DNA of 32,000 bases from Cupriavidus necator (GTDB taxonomy: Bacteria; Pseudomonadota; Gammaproteobacteria; Burkholderiales; Burkholderiaceae), in contig NZ_CP066019.1 of NCBI RefSeq assembly GCF_016127575.1, positions 1,020,001 to 1,052,000 on the forward strand. Reading direction: 5' to 3'. The notes under the pieces are model-generated. The model was not told where the DNA came from. It saw only the letters and a program-made list of their open reading frames with translations, and did not search any database. Each line of letters begins with the position of its first letter. The stretch's first letter is position 1. Shown here one piece after another: positions 25,266 to 32,000 of this stretch. The translations under genes and the position numbers were made by a program.

Positions 25266-25712
25266 ATGGCCACCCGCAAAGACCCGAGCGATGAAACCTG
25301 CCCCGTTGCTCGTACCCTGGAACTGGTCGGCGAGCGCTGGTCGCTGATGATCGTGCGTGATGCCTTCGACGGCATGCGCCGCTTCAGCGACTTCCAGCGC
25401 AGCCTGGCGGTCGCGCGCAACATCCTGTCCGACCGCCTGCGCCGGCTGGTGGAAGCCGGCATCCTGACGACGCAGCCGGCTTCCGATGGCAGCGCGTATC
25501 ACGAGTATGTGCTGACGAAGAAGGGAGAGAGCCTGTTCCCCATCGTATTGGCCTTGCGCCAATGGGGCGAACAACATCTGTTTGCGCGCGGCGAGCGGCG
25601 CTCGCTGATGGTGGAGAAGCGGACCGGGAAGCCGGTGCCGCTGATGATACCCCGGACCAGCGACGGTGATGTGCTGTTGCCCGGGGAAACGGAAGTGCGC
25701 AAGCCGCGCTAG
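25266..25712 (+). CDS. HxlR-family (MarR-like wHTH) transcriptional regulator
   Basis: 148 aa. CPVARTLELVGERWSLMIVRDAFDGMRRFSDFQRSLAVARNILSDRLRRLVEAGIL is the HxlR signature. Confidence 0.9.
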   Translation: MATRKDPSDETCPVARTLELVGERWSLMIVRDAFDGMRRFSDFQRSLAVARNILSDRLRRLVEAGILTTQPASDGSAYHEYVLTKKGESLFPIVLALRQWGEQHLFARGERRSLMVEKRTGKPVPLMIPRTSDGDVLLPGETEVRKPR

Positions 25713-25739
25713 GAGGGGGCGGCGGCGAGGTCGTCAACA

Positions 25740-25766
25740 GTCGCCGCGCTTTGCAGCGCGGGCGAC
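25740..25766. terminator. GC-rich hairpin between convergent hxlR-like and HIU hydrolase genes
   Basis: GTCGCCGCGC-tttgca-GCGCGGGCGAC, a 10-bp stem with one bulge. Confidence 0.4.
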
Positions 25767-25778
25767 CTGCTGCTGCCT

Positions 25779-26114
25779 TCAGCTGCCCCGATACGTCCCG
25801 AAGCTCCACGGCGAGCACAGCAACGGCACATGGTAGTGCTGCGCGGCGTCCGCGATGGTAAAGCGCACCGGCACGATGTCGGCGAACACGTCGGGGGTGC
25901 GGAAGTAGTCCGCTACCCAGAAGCGCAATTCGAACTCGCCGGTGCGCGCCTGCGCCGGCGGCAGCATCGGCGTGTCGGTGCGGCCGTCGTGGTTGGTGCG
26001 GGTGCGCGCGATCAGCCGCGGGGGCTGGGTGGCAACGTCGAACAGTTCCACCTGCATGCCGGCCACGGGGCGGCCCAGGGATACGTCGAGCACATGTGTG
26101 CTGATGCCTGCCAT
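25779..26114 (-). CDS. uraH: 5-hydroxyisourate hydrolase (transthyretin-like), cytoplasmic form
   Basis: 111 aa from internal ATG 26114 (GGAGA RBS). ISTHVLD N-terminus, HYHVPLL, and the diagnostic C-terminal YRGS. Confidence 0.9.
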   Translation of the reverse strand: MAGISTHVLDVSLGRPVAGMQVELFDVATQPPRLIARTRTNHDGRTDTPMLPPAQARTGEFELRFWVADYFRTPDVFADIVPVRFTIADAAQHYHVPLLCSPWSFGTYRGS

Positions 26115-26145
26115 GATGCGTTGGTCTCCGGGTTGGGCCGCGGCG

Positions 26146-26655
26146 TCAGCTGCCGCGGTAGTAGTTGTAGCTCCACGGCCCGAACAGCACGGGCAGGTGG
26201 ATGCGCTGGCTGGCGTCGGTGACGCGCAGGCGCAGCGGGATCTTCGACAGGAACGACGGTTGCGGCAGGCTGGCCTTGCGCGCGGCAAAGTACTCGTCCG
26301 CGTGCAGGACCAGCTCATAGGTGCCGGTGCGGTAGCTGTCGCCGATCAGCAGCGGCGGTTCGCTGCGGCCGTTGGCGGCCAGCGTGACGGTCTGCAGCGG
26401 CGTGCGCTGGCCATTGTCGATGCGGAACATCTCCACGCGCATGCCGGCCGCGGGCGTGCCGTTATAGGTGTCCAGCGCGTGCAGCGTCAGGCGCGGGCTC
26501 AGGCCGCCTTGCTGCACCGGTGCAGCGGTCTGGTTGGGGGCCGCCGCATCGGGCGTTGCGCCCCAGCTGGCGCCAGCCAGCAGCGCGCCGCCGCCCAGCG
26601 TCATCGATTGCAGCGCGAAGCGCCGGCGGGTGGGATCGAAGCTATGGTTGTCCAT
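26146..26655 (-). CDS. hiuH: 5-hydroxyisourate hydrolase (transthyretin-like) with a twin-arginine signal peptide
   Basis: 169 aa. Tat motif DPTRRRFAL plus an h-region ending ASWGA. The mature part has LTLHALD, RIHLPVL and a C-terminal YRGS. The start lies 1 nt after the stop of the upstream MFS gene. Confidence 0.85.
   Translation of the reverse strand: MDNHSFDPTRRRFALQSMTLGGGALLAGASWGATPDAAAPNQTAAPVQQGGLSPRLTLHALDTYNGTPAAGMRVEMFRIDNGQRTPLQTVTLAANGRSEPPLLIGDSYRTGTYELVLHADEYFAARKASLPQPSFLSKIPLRLRVTDASQRIHLPVLFGPWSYNYYRGS
26557..26655 (-). other. predicted Tat signal peptide of the periplasmic HIU hydrolase
   Basis: MDNHSFDPTRRRFALQSMTLGGGALLAGASWGA: an S/T-R-R-x-F-L type motif, a hydrophobic stretch, and an A-x-A-like end. 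Confidence 0.6.
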
Positions 26656-26656
26656 G

Positions 26657-28003
26657 TCAGGCCCCTTGCTTGCCGTGCTTGCCCAGCTTGCGGATGCCGA
26701 CCAGCACCAGCACCGCGGCCAGCACCTCGATCACCGCCACCAGGTACAGGCCGGAGGTGAGCTTGCCGGTGGTGTTCTTGATCAGCCCCATCACATAAGG
26801 CGCGCCAAAGCCGGCCAGGTTGGCCACCGAGTTGATCAGGGCCACGCCCACCGCGGCGGCGCTGCCCGCCAGGTAGCGGTTGGGCAGCTGCCAGAACACG
26901 GGGATGGCGCTCATGGTGCCGACCAGCGCGGCAGTCATGGCGAGCAGTGCGATCACCGGCGACAGCACCTGCGCGCCCAGCAGCACGGCCAGCACCGCCA
27001 TGGCACCGCCACCGACCAGCGCCGAGCCGCTGAAGTGCCAGCGCACTTCATTGCGGCGGTCGGAATGCGCGCCGTTGAGGATCATGCCGGCGGCGCCGCA
27101 CAGGTAGGCCACGGCCGCGATCCAGCCCACCGCCATTGGCGTGGTGAAGCCCACGTCCTTGATGACGGTCGGGATCCAGAAGGTCAGCGTCGAGTTGGCG
27201 CACAGCAGGCAGAAGTAGATCGCGATCAGCAGCCACACCTTGGGGTTGGTGAAGAGCGTGCGCCAGTCGTGGCCGCGCTCGCCCAGGGCGGCGTTGTCGC
27301 GCTTGAGGGCGTCCTGCAGCACGCGCTTGTCGTCGTCGGAGAGCCAGCGCGCCTGCTCCGGCTTGTCGGTCATGTAGAACCAGGCAAAGATGCCGGCCAG
27401 CACTGACGGGATGCCTTCCAGGATGAACAGCCACTGCCAGCCGTGCATGCCGCTCACGCCAGCCATGCCGGTCATGATCCAGCCGGCCAGCGGCCCGCCC
27501 AGCACGCCGGCGATGGCCGACGCGGACATGAAGGTGCCGAAGGCGCGCGCGCGGCGCTGCGACGGATACCAGTAGGTCAGGTACAGGATCACGCCCGGGT
27601 AGAAGCCGGCTTCGAACGCGCCCAGCAGGAAGCGCAGGATATAGAACTGCGTGGGCGTGGTGACAAAGCTCTGCAGCATGCAGATCACGCCCCAGCAGAT
27701 GGTGATGCGCATGATCGTCTTCTTGGCGCCGATCTTCTGCAGCAGCATGTTCGACGGCACCTCGAAGAAGAAGTAGCCAAGGAAGAAGATGCCCGCGCCC
27801 AGCCCGTACACGGCCTCGCTGAACTGCAGCGCGTCCAGCATCTGCAGCTTGGCGAAGCCGATGTTGACCCGGTCCAGCCAGGCCAGTACCCACAGCACCC
27901 CAAGGAAGGGCAGCAGGCGCCAGGTTACCTTGCGGTAGACGCTGTCCTCGGCGTCGTCGGCGGTGCCGGCGAATACCGGGATGCCTTGTTTCGTGATCGA
28001 CAT
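26657..28003 (-). CDS. MFS transporter, anion:cation symporter (ACS) family (tartrate/galactonate/allantoate-permease-like)
   Basis: 448 aa from internal ATG 28003 (AGGAGA RBS). VTWRLLPFLGVLWVLAWLDRVNIGFAKLQM and FFLGYFFFEVPSN are typical ACS-family N-terminal motifs. Confidence 0.88.
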   Translation of the reverse strand: MSITKQGIPVFAGTADDAEDSVYRKVTWRLLPFLGVLWVLAWLDRVNIGFAKLQMLDALQFSEAVYGLGAGIFFLGYFFFEVPSNMLLQKIGAKKTIMRITICWGVICMLQSFVTTPTQFYILRFLLGAFEAGFYPGVILYLTYWYPSQRRARAFGTFMSASAIAGVLGGPLAGWIMTGMAGVSGMHGWQWLFILEGIPSVLAGIFAWFYMTDKPEQARWLSDDDKRVLQDALKRDNAALGERGHDWRTLFTNPKVWLLIAIYFCLLCANSTLTFWIPTVIKDVGFTTPMAVGWIAAVAYLCGAAGMILNGAHSDRRNEVRWHFSGSALVGGGAMAVLAVLLGAQVLSPVIALLAMTAALVGTMSAIPVFWQLPNRYLAGSAAAVGVALINSVANLAGFGAPYVMGLIKNTTGKLTSGLYLVAVIEVLAAVLVLVGIRKLGKHGKQGA

Positions 28004-28393
28004 GATGTCTCCTGTCTTGTCGTGTTCTGCCAGGTCTTGCTTGGCGGCGGTGCATGCCGTCCGCCGGGTTGGGAGCAAGTATATGAATGGCCCGCCAATG
28101 CGAAACGAGGGGGCTGGTATAGGCCCCATAGCAGCACCGATATGGGCTGCAATCCCTTGTGTGGCGCGGGTTTGCGGGTGCTCCGGCCGGGGCCGGGCGG
28201 ACCTATGGATTACCCTAGGCGGGCCGTTTTCCGGGGTGCGCGCACGCGCATCGGGCAGGCTCGTGCGGGTTGTACCGGTTGCCGTGCGGTGCGCGACACG
28301 CTACAAAGTCGCCATTGCCTGGCATGGCGTTGCCGCCCGGAGCGGCGGCGGCCGCACCCGCCAGGCCTCCACTTTTGCTGCCACGGACCCAAC

Positions 28394-29338
28394 ATGATTC
28401 GCGCCGACGACCCGTTCGATACCTACCTGCTGCGCGTGCTGTGCATCCTGATCGCCGAGCAGAGCGTGTCGCGCACCGCGATCCGCCTGAACCAGTCGCA
28501 GCCGGCCATCAGCGCCGCGCTCAAGCGCCTGCGCGCGATCTTCAACGACCCGCTGCTCACGCGCGAGAAGAACGTGATGGTGCCGACCGAGCGCGCGCTG
28601 CAGCTGGCGCGCAATGCCCAGGCCGCGCTCAGCGCGCTGGACAACCTGCTGGTCTCGGACGAGCGCTTCGATCCCGCCACCACCGAGCAGAGCTTCGTGG
28701 TGGCCATGCCTGATTACCTGGCGCCGCCGTTCTTCGCGCACGTGGTGCGCGCGGTGCGGCGTGCGGCGCCGCACGCGCGGCTGTCGGCGCTGCCGCTGGG
28801 GGCCACCTTCGATTACGAGCAGGCGCTGTCGGCGGGTACGGTCGACATCGTGATCGGCAACTGGCCCAACCCGCCTGAGCACCTGCATCTGTCGGTGCTG
28901 CTGGAAGACGAGGTGGTGTGCGTGGTGGCGCAGGACAGCGTGCATGCGCAGCCCGGCAAGTTTACGGCCCAGGCCTACCTGGGCGCCTCGCATATCGTGC
29001 CCACGCCATATTCGCGCGACCAGCGCGGCCTGGTCGATGCCGGCCTGAGCACCATGCGCGTGCACCGGGACAACCGCGTCAGCTGTCCCTACTTCAACCT
29101 GGCGCCCAGCCTGATCCCGGGCACCGACCTGATCCTGACCACCGCGCGCCATTTCGCCAACTACCATGCGCAGCATGTGCCGCTTGCGGTGCTGGAGCCG
29201 CCGATCGAGTTCCCGTTCATGCGCTTCTACCAGCTGTGGCACCCGTCGCGCCACCGCTCGGCCGCGCACGTCTGGCTGCGCGGCATGCTGACCGCCGCCT
29301 CGCAGGAGCTGCGCGACCTGCGCGATATGCGCCGCTAG
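28394..29338 (+). CDS. LysR-family transcriptional regulator
   Basis: 314 aa from internal ATG 28394. LLRVLCILIAEQSVSRTAIRLNQSQPAISAALKRLR wHTH. The listed 631-aa ORF (27443..) is an upstream read-through antisense to the MFS gene. Confidence 0.9.
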   Translation: MIRADDPFDTYLLRVLCILIAEQSVSRTAIRLNQSQPAISAALKRLRAIFNDPLLTREKNVMVPTERALQLARNAQAALSALDNLLVSDERFDPATTEQSFVVAMPDYLAPPFFAHVVRAVRRAAPHARLSALPLGATFDYEQALSAGTVDIVIGNWPNPPEHLHLSVLLEDEVVCVVAQDSVHAQPGKFTAQAYLGASHIVPTPYSRDQRGLVDAGLSTMRVHRDNRVSCPYFNLAPSLIPGTDLILTTARHFANYHAQHVPLAVLEPPIEFPFMRFYQLWHPSRHRSAAHVWLRGMLTAASQELRDLRDMRR

Positions 29339-29462
29339 CGGTATCGGTTTCTGTTATGGGATCTATAGGGCGCGGGCTCTCGCCGCTGCGGCGGGCCGTT
29401 CCTATACTCGGCCCCGTATCCAATGATTCCCCATGCGCGGGATCCCTACGGGAGAAGCATCC

Positions 29463-29981
29463 ATGTCTCAACCACTCGACCTGGCGTCGGTCAACGCCCT
29501 GGACGAAGCGGCCTTTGCCGATGCCTTCGGCAGCGTGTTCGAACACTTTCCGCAGGCTGCCGAGGGCGCCTGGGCGCAGCGGCCGTTCGCATCGGCAACG
29601 GCGCTGCATGGCGCCATGATGGACGTGGTGCGCAAGCTTGACGAACCGCGCCAGCGCGATTTCCTGAACCTGCACCCGCAGCTGTCGGCACGCAATATCC
29701 GCGCGGGCACGATGACCGCCGATTCCAACGCCGAGCAGAAGAGCGCCGGCCTGGACGCGATGTCGGCGCAGCAAGAGGCCGCGCTGGACCAGCTTAACGC
29801 GGACTACCAGGCGCGCCATGGCTTCCCGTTCATCATCTGCGTGCGCCACTACACCCGCGAAGGCATCTTCGCCGCGTTCGAACGCCGGCTTGGCCGCAGC
29901 ACGCAGCAGGAGCTTGATGAAGCGCTGGCACAGATCGCCGCGATCACGCGAGGGCGGCTGGCGGCGCGGCTGGCCGGTTGA
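29463..29981 (+). CDS. uraD: 2-oxo-4-hydroxy-4-carboxy-5-ureidoimidazoline (OHCU) decarboxylase
   Basis: 172 aa from ATG 29463. LNALDEAAFADAFGSVFEHFPQAAEGAWAQRPF, LHPQL, FPFIICVR, and C-terminal ELDEALAQIAAITRGRL match the OHCU decarboxylase pattern. Confidence 0.85.
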   Translation: MSQPLDLASVNALDEAAFADAFGSVFEHFPQAAEGAWAQRPFASATALHGAMMDVVRKLDEPRQRDFLNLHPQLSARNIRAGTMTADSNAEQKSAGLDAMSAQQEAALDQLNADYQARHGFPFIICVRHYTREGIFAAFERRLGRSTQQELDEALAQIAAITRGRLAARLAG

Positions 29982-29990
29982 GTCCAGCGC

Positions 29991-30677
29991 CTATCCAAAG
30001 GCCTCAAGCGCCAGCGCCAGCATCCCCACCAGGATGAGGCTGGCGGCCCAGACCGCCTCCAGGTTGAACCAGCTCCGCGATACGAACTTCAGTCCCAGGT
30101 AGCGGTAGACCAGCCACGCCATGGCGCCGCCCACGGCGAACATGGCCAGGGTGTGGATGACGGAAACCAGCAGCGCCATGCCCAGGTTGGCGCTGGCGAG
30201 CGTGGCGGCGGCCTGGTGCCCCAGGTCCGTCTCGGCACGGCAGAGGCCAAGATAGATCGGCACCAGCATCAGGCCGGCGCCATGCGCGATCGCCACCGCG
30301 AACGACCATAGCGCCAGCCGCGATGGCGCGATGCGCACCAGTGCGCGCGGGTGGCCTCGCCTGAGCAGCAGCACGATGCCGCAGCCGATCAGCAGCACGC
30401 TGGCGCCGATGCGGATCTGCGCTTGCCAGGCGACCAGGGCCGCCAGCATGCCGAAAGGCAGCGTCACCGCCAATACCGCAAGCGCATGCCCGAAAGCCAG
30501 GTACCCGAGCGCGGCAAGGAGGGCGCGGCTGCTATGCGCCAGCAAGCCGTTCGATACCGCCAGCGGCCAGCCCATGGCCGGGTTGATGCCGTGATAGAGG
30601 CCGCTGGCCAGCACTGCCGACCAGAGACCGATCTGTTCCCAGGCGTGACCGGTCAAGCCTTGACCGAGGGATAGCAA
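29991..30677 (-). CDS. polytopic (about 6 TM) membrane protein with an internal 3+3 repeat and conserved His; possible metal-ion transporter of the LysE superfamily type
   Basis: 228 aa if TTG 30677 is the start. A second in-frame TTG at 30656 forms a TTGA overlap with the SBP56 stop. Halves align by eye: GLWSAVLASGLYHG / ALWSFAVAIAHG, GHALAVLAV / IHTLAMFAV, ASVLLIGCGIV / ASLILVGMLAL. No ATG start is available without deleting TM1. Confidence 0.6.
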   Translation of the reverse strand: MLSLGQGLTGHAWEQIGLWSAVLASGLYHGINPAMGWPLAVSNGLLAHSSRALLAALGYLAFGHALAVLAVTLPFGMLAALVAWQAQIRIGASVLLIGCGIVLLLRRGHPRALVRIAPSRLALWSFAVAIAHGAGLMLVPIYLGLCRAETDLGHQAAATLASANLGMALLVSVIHTLAMFAVGGAMAWLVYRYLGLKFVSRSWFNLEAVWAASLILVGMLALALEAFG

Positions 30678-32000
30678 AACGAGTCGGTCGAGCAGTCGCC
30701 GCCTTCCAGCCGGATCTGGTGCGCGCGGTAGCCTTCCGGAAACTCGACCCAGTAGTCATCGGCCAGCGTCAGCCCGCCGTCCGGGCCGGCATGCGCCATG
30801 ACTTGCGTGCCGGGGATGCCGTCTGGGTAGAACTGGTTGTCCCAGGTGGAGTAGAGCGAGTTGGTCCAGTAGACGCGCTTGCCGTCGCGGCTGATCTCGA
30901 CCATCTGCGGGCCGCCGGCGAATGGCTTGCCGTTGGGATGCGGCGTGCGCCGGACGATGCCGCCGATATGGACCGACCCAGAAAGCCTGGGCTTGCGCGG
31001 ATCGGTCACGTCGTACTGCCGCATTTCGCCGGTGCCCCAGCAGGACACGTAGAGGAACTTGTCGTCGAGGGACAGATCGATATCGGTCACCAGCGGCGGC
31101 ACGGCACCGAAGCCCTGCAGCAGCGGCGGCAGCAGGCTTGCATCGGCGGCTTCGGGGGGGATGGTTGCGGTCTTCTCGGCGTGGAACTTGCCGTCTTCGC
31201 GCCACCAGGTCCAGATCGAGCCCTCCAGGTTGGTGGTATCGACCACCACGCCAACAAAGCCGTATTCCCGGATCGGATCATGCGCAGGCCTGACTTCCAG
31301 CGCCATCTGGTGGTTGGCGCCCAGGTCGATGGTCTGCACGTTGCGGCGCGCCCGCAGGTCCCAGAAATGCAGCTTGTGCCCGTAGCGGTTGCCCAGCAGG
31401 TCCTCGGGCACCAGACCGTTCTCGAACTGCGGCGGCAGGGCCCATTCGCTCGACACCATGTAGTCGCGCGGCAGGTTCCACCAGAAGTCGTAGTGCTTCT
31501 CCTGTTCGCCGCGGTCGATTTCCCAGCGGCCGAGCACGTCGAAGGTCTCGCAGTCCATGATGAAGATGCCGGGCGCGCCGTCCGTGCCATCCGGGCCACC
31601 GCCCCCGAGCGTGCTGACGTAGATGCCCTCCGGCCCGCAGTGCACGGTATGGGGCCTGGAGTAGCCGGTCTTGCGGAAGATCTCGTCCGGCTCAACGATC
31701 TTGTGGATCCGTGCCTGGGTCGGGTGCGGCTTGGTGTCGATGATATACAGGCGCGAAGAGCGCATGCCCGGAATGATCAGGTAGCGCCGTTCGAGAAACG
31801 CGTGGCCGGTCAGCGGCGACAACGACGACGAGCACGCATTCCAGCCGAAATGGTGCAACTCGTCGCCCTTGTTGGTCATCGGCACGGTATGCACCACCTG
31901 GCTGTAGGTGGGCGAGCCGGGTTTGGCGTCGATCACCGCGAGCGCGTCTGGCTGCGAGGCGTCGGGGCTTAGCAGCACCGTATAAGCAAATGATTCCGCT
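30653..32000 (-). CDS. selenium-binding protein 56 family protein (methanethiol-oxidase-like); the N-terminus lies beyond the window end
   Basis: The frame stays open to base 32000 (..AESFAYTVLLSPDASQPDALAVIDAKP). It is collinear with human SELENBP1: DELHHFGWNACSS, LDDKFLYVSCWGTGEMRQYDVTDPRKPRL, GGPQMVEISRDGKRVYWTNSLYSTWDNQFYP, RLEGGDCSTD. Confidence 0.9.
   Translation of the reverse strand, partial: AESFAYTVLLSPDASQPDALAVIDAKPGSPTYSQVVHTVPMTNKGDELHHFGWNACSSSLSPLTGHAFLERRYLIIPGMRSSRLYIIDTKPHPTQARIHKIVEPDEIFRKTGYSRPHTVHCGPEGIYVSTLGGGGPDGTDGAPGIFIMDCETFDVLGRWEIDRGEQEKHYDFWWNLPRDYMVSSEWALPPQFENGLVPEDLLGNRYGHKLHFWDLRARRNVQTIDLGANHQMALEVRPAHDPIREYGFVGVVVDTTNLEGSIWTWWREDGKFHAEKTATIPPEAADASLLPPLLQGFGAVPPLVTDIDLSLDDKFLYVSCWGTGEMRQYDVTDPRKPRLSGSVHIGGIVRRTPHPNGKPFAGGPQMVEISRDGKRVYWTNSLYSTWDNQFYPDGIPGTQVMAHAGPDGGLTLADDYWVEFPEGYRAHQIRLEGGDCSTDSFCYPSVKA

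Noticed and set aside
28083-28397. 104-codon plus-strand ORF ending in an ATGA overlap with the LysR start
   Set aside because: The translation (MNGPPMRNEGAGIGPIAAP...RSGGGRTRQAS...) is Arg/Gly/Ala-rich and non-protein-like, with no RBS. It is more likely a chance open frame in GC-rich non-coding DNA. The region is flagged separately as an unexplained long spacer.
29364-29406. TATAGG-N31-CCTATA inverted repeat enclosing the CGCCGCtGCGGCG palindrome between the LysR gene and uraD, considered as a terminator or uraD operator
   Set aside because: The outer arms are only 6 bp with a long spacer, the inner palindrome has a 1-nt centre (not a viable RNA hairpin loop), and no T-tract follows. The evidence is too weak to call a feature.
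1-32000. Scan for CRISPR arrays, IS elements with terminal inverted repeats, integrases, tRNA/rRNA genes, and REP-type interspersed repeats
   Set aside because: None was found by eye. The only DNA repeats seen are the two in-frame tandem repeats in the ProQ gene and short operator or terminator dyads. A computational repeat and tRNA scan would be needed to exclude small elements.

Overview
Visibly GC-rich window (roughly two-thirds G+C by eye). Gene content points to a betaproteobacterium of the Burkholderiales, Cupriavidus/Ralstonia-like: two 'Bug'/TctC solute receptors, two CaiB-type CoA-transferases, LysR/GntR/HxlR regulators. That taxonomic call is inference only. The window is densely coding, and I support about 30 protein genes. 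I found no rRNA, tRNA, CRISPR array, transposase, integrase or recognisable defence system. Many long listed ORFs are antisense or out-of-frame shadows of real genes, as expected at this GC content, and several real genes start well inside their listed ORF. Modules, left to right: (1) tail of a flavin monooxygenase plus an alpha/beta hydrolase; (2) LysR <-> CoA-transferase + acyl-CoA dehydrogenase; (3) ProQ/FinO RNA chaperone <-> Kup K+ transporter; (4) RNase Z-like MBL hydrolase, a small orphan protein and a 49-codon amidohydrolase remnant; (5) gabR <-> gabT-gabD; (6) Bug receptor + leaderless GGT-family hydrolase, preceded by an exact sigma-54 consensus; (7) an orphan exported protein; (8) a six-gene operon: CoA-transferase, crotonase, AtuA/DUF1446, embedded GntR regulator, bicupin, Bug receptor, preceded by a 24-bp palindrome; (9) MFS <-> HxlR; (10) LysR <-> MFS + Tat-exported HIU hydrolase + cytoplasmic HIU hydrolase, then OHCU decarboxylase; (11) SBP56/methanethiol-oxidase-like gene coupled to a 3+3-TM histidine-bearing membrane protein. 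The best candidates for undescribed biology are modules 8, 10 and 11. None is proven here, and every homology statement rests on motif recognition by eye, not on a database search.
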